DNA of 64,000 nucleotides, from NCBI GenBank assembly GCA_963813815.1, contig CAWFAD010000016.1:512001-576000 (forward strand), read 5' to 3'. This DNA comes from an uncultured bacterium. Lineage in GTDB: Bacteria > Krumholzibacteriota > Krumholzibacteriia > Krumholzibacteriales > Krumholzibacteriaceae. Both the position numbers and the translations under genes were made by a program. The notes below the pieces were generated by a model. It searched no databases. It was not told where the DNA came from and saw nothing but the letters and a program-made list of their open reading frames with translations. Positions 19,425 through 28,210 of this stretch are shown in pieces (position 1 is the first letter of the stretch; every line of letters begins with the position of its first letter).

Positions 19425-19666
19425 GACGCACCTGCCTGGCTATTGTGAATATCGGGGGCTGAGAATCCCTTGATGAGCTCATTATACCGCGATGGGGGGA
19501 GAAAGCAAGCATAAAAGCTCGCCGTCCGGACCGGACGGCGAGCCGTCGCCCGGCGCGGGAGCGAGCGCGGTCTCCCGCCGATTCTGGGGGCGAGGCGGGG
19601 CCGGTTGTGATACAATAAAAAACCCTCATTTTCACAGCGACGGAGGGAAAGGAAGGTGGCAGCGAC

Positions 19667-21502
19667 ATGACGGGGAAAACGCGTTTTCGACTCGCGGCCT
19701 CGATGCTGATGCTGGCCGCGTGCGCTTCTCTCGTCGCGGCCTCGGTCCGCGCCGAAAAGAGCGAGGACGAAGAGCTCGCCGAAATCAGGAAGATGATCGC
19801 GGACAGGGGTTATCACTGGACCGCGGGGAAGACGTCGGTTTCGGGGCTCTCCGATGAGGAGAAGATGAAGCTCTGCGGCTACGTTCAGCCTCCCGATTGG
19901 ATGCTCGCCGGCATCCCGGTGTTCTACGCTTCCGACAGCGCCGTGACCGACACGCGCTTCGATTGGCGCGATTACGGCTTCGTGACTCCCGCGAAGAATC
20001 AGAAATCGTGCGGCTCGTGCTGGGCCTTCGCGGCCGTCGGGGAGCTCGAGAGCCATATGCTGATCTACGACGGTCGATACGAGGATCTCTCGGAGCAGCA
20101 GGTGCTCTCGTGCATCACGACGGGCGGCGACTGCGGCGGCGGATGGATGTACGAGGCGTACAACGTTTTCATGGCTCAGGGATCGGTCACCGAGGCGTGC
20201 ATGCCGTACATGGGCGTCGATACGATACCCTGCACGGAGGATCAGTGCACGCATCTCGCCTTCGCGGCGAGCTACGTCACGGTGCCGAACAGCGTGAACG
20301 ACATCAAGCAAGCCGTCCTGAGAGGCCCCGTCTCGACCACGTTTCAGGCGCTCGGAGATTTCTTCTACTACACGGGCGGATGCTATGAGAACGATTCCGG
20401 CATCAGCCGGATCAACCATGCCGTGATCATCGTCGGCTGGGACGACGAGATGTGCGAGGGGCAAGGCGCCTGGATCTGCAAGAACAGCTGGGGCGAGAGC
20501 TGGGGCGAGAACGGATTTTTCAACATCAGATACGGCGATCTCGCGATAGGGTCAAACTCGATGCAGATCATATACAGCCCGAGCCCCGTGCTGGTTCGCC
20601 TCGACGCTCCGAACCGGGGGGAGAGCTGGGTGGCCGGCGGCGAGTATCAGGTGAGCTGGACGATCGGGCGCGGAACGCCCGATTCGATCGGCATCTACCT
20701 CAGCACGGACGGCGGCGCGTCGTACGGCGAGACCGTGGCGTCGGGACTCGAAAATACCGGAACCTTCAGATGGAAGGTCCCCGTCGCGCCGGCGGCGCAG
20801 GCGAAGCTTCTCGTCAGGGCCTACGCGTCCGGCGCCATCGGAGGCATGGATACGAGCGACAGCGTCTTTTCGATCGTGGAAGATCTCGAAGGGCCGGCCG
20901 TGACGGTCACGCACCCGAACGGCGGCGAACAGTACCATCCGGGCGACACCCTCGATATCGAGTGGATGGCGTCGGACAACGCGTCGGTCGAATCGATCGA
21001 CATCTACTGCTCGGCGAACGGCGGGATCGACTATGTCGCCGTGGCGGCGGGCGAGGAAAACGATTCGATATTCAAGTGGGTCGTTCCCTCCTCGTTCGGC
21101 GATTCCTGTCTCGTGAAGGTCGTGGCCCGCGATCCGAGCTCGCTCACGGGCGAGGATGCGAGCGATGCGCCGTTTTACATCGTCGAGGCGAGCACCGGCG
21201 TCGGGGACATCGCCCCTCCGCGCTTCACGAACCGCCTCGAGCAGAACTACCCGAACCCGTTCAACGGAACGACGACGATCGGGTACTCCGTCGCCGGGCG
21301 TTCGCAGGTGCTCGTGCGGATTTACGACACGGCCGGGAAGCTCGTGAAGGTCGTCGAGCGAGCGACGAGGGAGCCGGGAACGTACGTCGCCATATGGAGG
21401 GGCGTGGATGAGGCGGGACGCGGCGTCGCTTCGGGCGTGTACTTCTGCTCCATCACGGCCGGCGATTTTATGGATTCGAGAAAGATCGTCTACTTGAGAT
21501 AG
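19667..21502 (+). CDS. Secreted papain-family (C1A) cysteine protease with Ig-like domains and FlgD-Ig/T9SS-like C-terminus
   Basis: 'KNQKSCGSCWAF', 'LSEQQV', 'NHAVIIVGW', 'KNSWG', two 'PNxGE' Ig-like repeats, 'QNYPNPFN'. Confidence 0.92.
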   Translation: MTGKTRFRLAASMLMLAACASLVAASVRAEKSEDEELAEIRKMIADRGYHWTAGKTSVSGLSDEEKMKLCGYVQPPDWMLAGIPVFYASDSAVTDTRFDWRDYGFVTPAKNQKSCGSCWAFAAVGELESHMLIYDGRYEDLSEQQVLSCITTGGDCGGGWMYEAYNVFMAQGSVTEACMPYMGVDTIPCTEDQCTHLAFAASYVTVPNSVNDIKQAVLRGPVSTTFQALGDFFYYTGGCYENDSGISRINHAVIIVGWDDEMCEGQGAWICKNSWGESWGENGFFNIRYGDLAIGSNSMQIIYSPSPVLVRLDAPNRGESWVAGGEYQVSWTIGRGTPDSIGIYLSTDGGASYGETVASGLENTGTFRWKVPVAPAAQAKLLVRAYASGAIGGMDTSDSVFSIVEDLEGPAVTVTHPNGGEQYHPGDTLDIEWMASDNASVESIDIYCSANGGIDYVAVAAGEENDSIFKWVVPSSFGDSCLVKVVARDPSSLTGEDASDAPFYIVEASTGVGDIAPPRFTNRLEQNYPNPFNGTTTIGYSVAGRSQVLVRIYDTAGKLVKVVERATREPGTYVAIWRGVDEAGRGVASGVYFCSITAGDFMDSRKIVYLR

Positions 21503-21561
21503 CGTCGGATTGGTTCGAGACCCCGAAACCGGAAGCTCAAATCGGGAACAGGAGGTGCAAA

Positions 21562-21672
21562 GTGGGAGACAAGGGCAAAAAGGACAAGAACAAGAGTCAG
21601 AAGCAGAAGATCAGCAAGATGGATCTAAAGGTGAAAGGGAAGCTGGCGAGGTTGCCGAGAAGAACGCCTTGA
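21562..21672 (+). CDS. 36-aa Lys-rich basic small protein (MGDKGKKDKNKSQKQKISKMDLKVKGKLARLPRRTP)
   Basis: Strong RBS AGGAGGT 5 nt before GTG; A-rich coding stretch in a GC-rich genome; below the ORF-track cutoff. Confidence 0.65.
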   Translation: MGDKGKKDKNKSQKQKISKMDLKVKGKLARLPRRTP

Positions 21673-21691
21673 TGAAAAGCGAGGCGCGCTC

Positions 21692-22744
21692 CTATTCCTG
21701 CGGCCGCACGATGACCTTGATCGATTTTTTCCCCTCGGCGACGAGGCGGAAGCCCTTGGCGGTTTCGGCGAGCGGGAGGCGGTGGGTGATCATGTCGTCG
21801 ACTTCGACGCGCCCAGCGCGCAGCATCTCGATCGCGAGCTCCGTGTCGACGGGCGGCCCCGCGTACGTGGAAACGATCGTCGCTTGATCGCGCCAGATCT
21901 CCCAGCACGGCATCGCGGCCGTCGTCCCCGGCTCGAGCGGGGCGAAGAGCAGCACCGTGCCTCCGCGATCGACGGAGTGGAAGGCCTGCTCGACGACGCC
22001 CGGCGCGCCGGCCGCCGTGACGACGAGATCGAAGAGACGGGAGCCGTTCGACTCGCGGAGGCGCTGCGGGGACGCATCCTTCGCCTCGATGACGGCGTCG
22101 GCGCCGAAGCGCTTCGCCACGTTGAGGCGGAAGCCGTTGACGTCGGTCGCGGCGATGTGTCCCGCGCCGAGGGCGGCGAGCGATTTAACGAAGAGAAGCC
22201 CCGAGATGCCCGCGCCGAGGACGAGGGAGCTCATCCCCGGCTCGAAGCGGGCGACGCGGAGCCCGCGCAGCACGCAGGCGAGCGGCTCGACGAACGTGCC
22301 CTCGTCGAAGGAAAGCTCGTCGGGGAGAATGAACGTGCCGCGGTCGACGTTGATCTGCGGCACGCGGAGATATTCGCAGAATCCGCCCGGGTCGAAGTTG
22401 GTCGAGCGGAGTGTGTCGCAGAGGGAGTGCTTTCCGGCGAGACAGTGTCGGCACGTGTTGCAGGGGACGTGGTGCGCCACGGTGACGCGGTCGCCGGGCT
22501 TGAAGCGCTTCACGCCCCGTCCGGCCTCGGTGATCGTGCCCGCGATCTCGTGCCCGAGAACGAGCGGCGCCTTCGCGAGCCGGTACCACTCCATGACGTC
22601 GCTGCCGCAGATGCCGCTCGACTCGATGCGGACGAGAAGCTCTCCCGGGCCGATTCTCGGCACGGGCATCTCCTCGATACGGACGTCGGCGTTCCGGTAG
22701 TAGACCGCCGCGCGCATCGTTTCGTGTTTCGGGTGCTTCGGCAT
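21692..22744 (-). CDS. Zn-dependent alcohol/polyol dehydrogenase (sorbitol DH-like MDR)
   Basis: 'GICGSD', 'GHE', 'CNTCRHC...C', 'GAGISG'. Confidence 0.9.
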   Translation of the reverse strand: MPKHPKHETMRAAVYYRNADVRIEEMPVPRIGPGELLVRIESSGICGSDVMEWYRLAKAPLVLGHEIAGTITEAGRGVKRFKPGDRVTVAHHVPCNTCRHCLAGKHSLCDTLRSTNFDPGGFCEYLRVPQINVDRGTFILPDELSFDEGTFVEPLACVLRGLRVARFEPGMSSLVLGAGISGLLFVKSLAALGAGHIAATDVNGFRLNVAKRFGADAVIEAKDASPQRLRESNGSRLFDLVVTAAGAPGVVEQAFHSVDRGGTVLLFAPLEPGTTAAMPCWEIWRDQATIVSTYAGPPVDTELAIEMLRAGRVEVDDMITHRLPLAETAKGFRLVAEGKKSIKVIVRPQE

Positions 22745-22770
22745 CTGCGCTCTCCGGCGGGGCGTCCCCG

Positions 22771-23568
22771 CTAGTTTCTCGTCACCATGAGGTCGCCGAA
22801 GAGATCGAGCGCTTTCTTCACCGTGAATTTTTCGTGCACGATCGCTCGCACCGCCTGGATCGCGGCGACGGGGTGCTCGGACTGCCAGATGTTGCGGCCC
22901 ATGTCGACTCCCGCGGCGCCGCGGCTCAGGGCGTCGTGCGTGAGCTGGAACACGTCGCGCATCGTCTCGAGCTTCGGCCCGCCGGCGATGACGACGGGAA
23001 CGGGACAGCCCTCGACGACCTTTTCGAACCCCTCGCAGTAATATGTTTTCACGAAATGCGCGCCGAGCTCCGCCGCGATGCGGCAGCTGAGGGAGAGAAA
23101 ACGCGCGTCGCGCTTGCCGAGCTCCTTGCCGACCGCCGTGACGGCGAGCACCGGGATGCCGAAGGTCTCCCCCTCGTTCACGAGATCGGCGAGGCTGAGG
23201 AGCGTCTGGCGCTCGTAGTCCGTTCCGACGAAGATCGAGAGGGCGACCGCCGAGACGTTCAGCCGGATCGCCTCCTCGAACGTGGTCGTGATTCCTTCGT
23301 CCGCGAGAGAGGGGCCGATGACGCTCGTTCCTCCCGATACGCGGAGCACGATCGGCGTTTGCGCCTTGGGGTCGACCGATGTTCGCAGCACGCCTCTCGT
23401 CGGCATGAGCGCGTCGGCGTACTCGAGGAGCGGCGCGATCGTCGCGCGCGGATTCTCGAGCTTGGAGGTGGGGCCGAGGAAATAGCCGTGATCGACGGCG
23501 AGCATGACCGTGCGTCCGGTCGCGGGCCGAAAGATTCGCGCGAGTCTGTTCTGAAGTCCCCAATCCAT
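22771..23568 (-). CDS. lsrF: LsrF-like DhnA-family aldolase/thiolase
   Basis: 'MDWGLQNRLARIF...MLAVDHGYFLGPT', 'AELGAHFVKTYY', 'VIAGGPK', 'GVDMGRNIWQ'. Confidence 0.88.
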   Translation of the reverse strand: MDWGLQNRLARIFRPATGRTVMLAVDHGYFLGPTSKLENPRATIAPLLEYADALMPTRGVLRTSVDPKAQTPIVLRVSGGTSVIGPSLADEGITTTFEEAIRLNVSAVALSIFVGTDYERQTLLSLADLVNEGETFGIPVLAVTAVGKELGKRDARFLSLSCRIAAELGAHFVKTYYCEGFEKVVEGCPVPVVIAGGPKLETMRDVFQLTHDALSRGAAGVDMGRNIWQSEHPVAAIQAVRAIVHEKFTVKKALDLFGDLMVTRN

Positions 23569-23696
23569 AGGAGCGCTCCCTCCTCGTCATCGACGCCTCG
23601 CCCATGATCCGCCCGGACATCGTCTTCGGGCGGCCCCGGCGGGCCGTGCTCAGCCATTGAGTGAACGTCGAGTGTAGAATCGTTCGGGGCGTTCCG

Positions 23697-24893
23697 TCAA
23701 GCGCGAATTCCCCCGCCGGGGGGCAGCGAGCCCTGCATGCGCTTGTGCAGCGCGATCACGTACACGGCGACGACGAGCGACACGCCGCCGAGCAGGAGGA
23801 AGGGAGTGTGGATTCCCCACGCGTCCGACATGAAACCGGCGGCGAAGGAGAATGCGGCGTTGCCGATGATCTGCACGTTCGCGTTGAGGCTGAAGGCGGC
23901 CGTTCGGTTCTTGGGTTTCGCGACGCTGCCGACGAGCGTGAGCAGCGCCGGGAAGGAGAGGAAGAGCGACCATCCGAAGAGAATCATGAGGACGGCGACG
24001 AGCGCGAGATTCGTGCTGAATCCGATGACGCAGGTCGCGATCGCCGTGAGGATGCAGCTCAGTACGATCGCGCCGAAGCGCCCCGTCCGCTCGACCACCT
24101 TGCCGTACATGAGGGAGGCGACGGTTCCCGCCGCGATCCAGCCGCCGAGCACGATGCCCGTGAGGGACATCGAGGCGCCGAGCTTGTGGTTGAGGAGGCT
24201 CGGGCCGTAGGCGAGGGTGATCCCCCAGGCGACGCCGCTGAGGAGCGCGGGGAGTATGAGATACCGCTGGTCGCGGATCGTCTCGCGCCAGGAGACCGGC
24301 TCCTCCTCGTCGTCGTTTCCGTCGCCGCCGTTCGTGCCGCGCGAGATGACGAGCCCGGCGAGAGCCCCCGCGATGCAGAGGGCGCCCCACGTGTAGAGCG
24401 GAGTCCCCCAGTTGAAGCGCTGCGCGAGGTATCCCGTTCCGAGGAACGCGGCGAGCACCCCCACGTCTCCGAAGGCGCTCTGGATGCCCATCGCGCGGTC
24501 GAAATGCTTGCCGCGGAAGACGTGCGTGACCCAGGCGATGCCGACGGGGTGGTAGATGCTCGATCCGATCCGCACGCCCACGTAGAGGAGGACGAGCGCG
24601 GGATAGTTTTTCGCGAGCGGCGTGAGGAGGAGAAAAAGCCCGACGACAAGATCGTCGAGAACGAGGAGGAGCCGGTAGTGGCGTCCCTTGGCCCAGTGGC
24701 CGACGAAGAAATGAAAGACGATCGACACGATGAGCCCCATGAAGATCATCGAGCCGATGTCGGCGTAACGTCTGATGAGGAGCCCCTGCGTGTAGAGGAT
24801 CGGGAATATCGTCGGGAGCGAGACGACCGAGGCGTCGTTGAAGACGTGAAATATCGAGACGGCGGCGAGTATCCTCTTGTGCTTCGATTCCAT
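23697..24893 (-). CDS. MFS transporter
   Basis: About 12 TM segments, 'HVFND', 'GSSIYHPVG'; RBS GGAGG. Confidence 0.85.
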   Translation of the reverse strand: MESKHKRILAAVSIFHVFNDASVVSLPTIFPILYTQGLLIRRYADIGSMIFMGLIVSIVFHFFVGHWAKGRHYRLLLVLDDLVVGLFLLLTPLAKNYPALVLLYVGVRIGSSIYHPVGIAWVTHVFRGKHFDRAMGIQSAFGDVGVLAAFLGTGYLAQRFNWGTPLYTWGALCIAGALAGLVISRGTNGGDGNDDEEEPVSWRETIRDQRYLILPALLSGVAWGITLAYGPSLLNHKLGASMSLTGIVLGGWIAAGTVASLMYGKVVERTGRFGAIVLSCILTAIATCVIGFSTNLALVAVLMILFGWSLFLSFPALLTLVGSVAKPKNRTAAFSLNANVQIIGNAAFSFAAGFMSDAWGIHTPFLLLGGVSLVVAVYVIALHKRMQGSLPPGGGIRA

Positions 24894-25037
24894 GATTCCT
24901 CCAATATGACATCCCGCCGCGTTTCGCGCAATCGCGCACTGGACGCTCCGCCCGAAGTGCGGTAGAGTCGGTGCTGCGCCTTTCCTCTCGAGCAACCTCT
25001 CCCGGCGGGGCTCGGCCCGCCCTCGAGGAGGCAGCCG

Positions 25038-26147
25038 ATGTCGCGATACCGTTTCCCCCTGGCGCTCGGCGCGATGGCCGGCCTCGCTCTCGCCGCGTTC
25101 GCCGCCGCTCCGTCTCTCGCGGAGCCGTCCATTCGATCCCAGAAAGACACGATCGGCTACGCCACCGCTCCCGCGCAGGTCGCCGCGCTCGTGCGGCTCG
25201 TCGACTCGCTCGAGGCCGGGCGCTACGCGGCGAACGAGCGGGCCTTTCCCGCGGCCGGCTCGGCGCCGCCCGTCGGCGCCGTGTGTCCGCACGACGACTA
25301 TCTCTACGCGGGGCGCGGCTACGTGCACGCGATGCGTCTCCTCAAAGCCCGGAGAGTCATCCTCTTCGGCGTTTCGCACACGGCGCGCCGCCGGGGCATA
25401 CAGGGGAAGCTCGTCTTCGACGCTTTCGACGCCTGGCGGGTCGGCGGGAGGGACTGCCCCGTGTCGCCGCTCCGGAACGAGATCGTCGCCGCGCTCCCGC
25501 CGGAGCTCGTGCTGGTGAGCGACGAGATCCACGCCGAGGAGCATTCGCTCGAGGGATTCGTCCCGGTGCTCCAGCACTACCTGCCGGACGCGGAGATCGT
25601 GCCGGTTCTCGCGACGCGGCAGACGGAAGAAGGATTCGCCCGGGCCGCCGACGCCCTCGCCGCCGCGATATCGGGCCTCATGAGCGAACGCGGATGGAAG
25701 CTCGGCGAGGACGTCGCGATCCTCGTCTCGGCCGACTGCGTCCACTACGGCGACGAAGAGTGGGGCGGGCGGAACTACGCCCCCTTCGGGACCGGCGCCG
25801 AAGGGTACGAGAAGGGCGTGCGTCAGGATCTCGATGTGATTTCGAGATCCCTCGCGGGGGATATCGACGGCGGCAAGATCGCTCTCTTCCGCGAGATGGT
25901 CGATAGCGGGGATTTCCAGCAGCCGTACCGGATAACGTGGTGCGGCGTCTATTCGATCCCCCTCGGTCTCGGGGTCCTCGATCGGCTCTGCTCCCGCGCC
26001 GGGCGTCCGGCGCTCCGCGGATTCATGCTCGTCTACGGGACGAGCTTCGATCCCCCGCCCCTGCCGCTCGCGGGGACGGGGCTCGGAACGACGGCGATCA
26101 ATAATCTGCGACACTGGGTCGGCTACACGGCGATCGGATACTGGTAA
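25038..26147 (+). CDS. MEMO1-family protein (AmmeMemoRadiSam protein B-like) with signal peptide
   Basis: 'VCPHDDYLYAG', 'GVSH', 'EEHSLE', 'SADCVHYG', 'TWCG', 'VGY'; N-terminal hydrophobic leader ending 'PSLA'. Confidence 0.8.
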   Translation: MSRYRFPLALGAMAGLALAAFAAAPSLAEPSIRSQKDTIGYATAPAQVAALVRLVDSLEAGRYAANERAFPAAGSAPPVGAVCPHDDYLYAGRGYVHAMRLLKARRVILFGVSHTARRRGIQGKLVFDAFDAWRVGGRDCPVSPLRNEIVAALPPELVLVSDEIHAEEHSLEGFVPVLQHYLPDAEIVPVLATRQTEEGFARAADALAAAISGLMSERGWKLGEDVAILVSADCVHYGDEEWGGRNYAPFGTGAEGYEKGVRQDLDVISRSLAGDIDGGKIALFREMVDSGDFQQPYRITWCGVYSIPLGLGVLDRLCSRAGRPALRGFMLVYGTSFDPPPLPLAGTGLGTTAINNLRHWVGYTAIGYW

Positions 26148-26164
26148 GAAGGAGGCACCGGCAG

Positions 26165-28201
26165 ATGACGCATCGATTGACGGCTCCGCGCGCGTTCGCC
26201 GCGGCCGCCGCGCTCGTGGCGGCGCTCGCCGCATGCGCGTCGGCGCAGACGGACGACGAGATACGCTCGGCGATCGCGGCCGCGGGGGGTTCGAAGGACC
26301 ACCCCGGGGCGGCATTCGTCTCGGTGTTCGAGCGGACGGACGTGACGGTCGAGGAGACGGGGCTCGCCCATTACCGCCGCCACAACCTCACGAAGATGCT
26401 GACCGCGGAGGGCGCCCTCGCGCGATCCGCGCTGCGGTTCGACTACGATCCGGCCTCGAACTTCATCGAGATCGAGAGCGTGAGGATCTTCCGCGCGGGG
26501 GGGGCGATCGAGCTCGTCGATCTCGCCGCGCTCCGGGACCTCTTCCAGCCGGCCTCGATGATCTACTGGGGGGCGCGCATGAAGCTCCTCCAGCTTCCGC
26601 GCCTCGCCCCCGGCGACGCCGTCGAGGTGAAGACGTACAAGAAAGGGTTCGAGATCGCCTACCTCGGCGCCGCGGAGGGAGGCTCGCCGGGCGCAGGCTC
26701 GCCCGGGCCGGGGCAGGCCGGCGTGGCCGCCGCCGGGGACGAGCGCTACATCCCGCCGATGCGGGGGCATTTCTACGACGTCGTCTATTTTCAAGAAACC
26801 TATCCGATCAAGGAGAAGCGGTACGATCTCCACATGCCGAAGGACAAACCGGTCCGGTACCGCGTCTATAACGGCGCGCTCTTCTCGGAGCAGCGCTTCG
26901 ACGAGGCGGGAACCCACTACTCATGGTGGATCGTCGACAGCCCCGCCCACGTCGAGGAGCCGCGGAGCGCCGAGGCCCCCGACGTCGTGCCGAAGCTCGT
27001 GCTGGCGACCCTCTCTTCCTGGGAGGAGAAATCCCGCTGGTTCGCCGCGATCCACGACACGATTTACGCCGACAACGAGCCCATCCGCGGGCTCGTGAAG
27101 GATATCACCAAGGGTCTCAAGACGGACGTCGACAAGGTCGCCGCGCTCCAGCATTGGGCCGCGCAGGAGATCCGCTACTCGGGGATATCGATGGGAAAGG
27201 GCGAGGGATACACGCACCATCCGGGGAAGATGAGCTTCGCCGACCGCTGCGGGGTCTGCAAGGACAAGGCGGGGATGCTCATCACCCTCATGCGGACGGC
27301 CGGATTCGACGCGTGGCCCGCGCTCACGATGGCGGGATCGCGCGTCGAGGAGATACCGGCAGATCAGTTCAATCACTCGGTCGTCGCCTGGCGCCGCGCC
27401 GACGGCGCCTTTACGATGCTCGACCCGACCTGGGTGCCGTACTCGACCGAGCTCTGGAGCTCGGCCGAGCAGGAGCAGCACTACGTGATCGGCACGCCCG
27501 AGGGGGAGGGGCTCATGCAGATTCCCTACAGCCCTCCCGAGAATCACGTTCTCACGGTCGTTTCGCGCGGCTCGGTCGACCGCGACGGCGACCTCACGGG
27601 AACGCTCCGCTTCGCCGCGACCCGTTACATGGATCAGAGGATGCGGCGCTGGCTCGGCACGCACAAGCGCGACGACCTGCGCGCCTACGTCGAGGGGTGG
27701 CTCGCGGCGATCGCGCCGAACGTCGAGGTGACGAAGCTCAGCATCGGCGACCCGCTCGATTTCGAGAGACAATTCGCGCTCGAGGTCGCGTATCGCGTCC
27801 CGCGCTACGCGGTCGCGGACGGCGCCACGATCGATTTCGCCTCCCCCGCGTGGAAGCTCGGATTTTCGCGGCAGTCGCCGCTCCTGCCGGCGGCCTCCGT
27901 CGTCGATCCGGCCGAACGGAAGCTCCCGCTCTTTCTCTGGAACACGCAAACCTTCCGTTGCGACGAGTCGATCGAGATTCCGCCGGGGATGAAGCCGCGC
28001 GAGGTCGCGGGGGGATCTTCGAAAACGGGCGAGTACGCTTCCTACTCGATGGAGCGGTCCGCGTCCGGCGGCAAGCTCGTGAACCGGGGGGACGTCCTCG
28101 TCAGGCGGCGGACGATTCCCGCCGATGCGTATCCCGATTTCCGGTCGGTTCTGAAGGCCGCGGGCGAGTATGCGACGGCCCGTGTCGTTTTCGAGCGATA
28201 G
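26165..28201 (+). CDS. Secreted DUF3857 + transglutaminase-like protein with intact triad
   Basis: 'EIRY', 'GVCKDKA' (Cys), 'FNHSV' (His), 'LDPT' (Asp); signal peptide. Confidence 0.88.
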   Translation: MTHRLTAPRAFAAAAALVAALAACASAQTDDEIRSAIAAAGGSKDHPGAAFVSVFERTDVTVEETGLAHYRRHNLTKMLTAEGALARSALRFDYDPASNFIEIESVRIFRAGGAIELVDLAALRDLFQPASMIYWGARMKLLQLPRLAPGDAVEVKTYKKGFEIAYLGAAEGGSPGAGSPGPGQAGVAAAGDERYIPPMRGHFYDVVYFQETYPIKEKRYDLHMPKDKPVRYRVYNGALFSEQRFDEAGTHYSWWIVDSPAHVEEPRSAEAPDVVPKLVLATLSSWEEKSRWFAAIHDTIYADNEPIRGLVKDITKGLKTDVDKVAALQHWAAQEIRYSGISMGKGEGYTHHPGKMSFADRCGVCKDKAGMLITLMRTAGFDAWPALTMAGSRVEEIPADQFNHSVVAWRRADGAFTMLDPTWVPYSTELWSSAEQEQHYVIGTPEGEGLMQIPYSPPENHVLTVVSRGSVDRDGDLTGTLRFAATRYMDQRMRRWLGTHKRDDLRAYVEGWLAAIAPNVEVTKLSIGDPLDFERQFALEVAYRVPRYAVADGATIDFASPAWKLGFSRQSPLLPAASVVDPAERKLPLFLWNTQTFRCDESIEIPPGMKPREVAGGSSKTGEYASYSMERSASGGKLVNRGDVLVRRRTIPADAYPDFRSVLKAAGEYATARVVFER

Positions 28202-28210
28202 GAGGCGACG

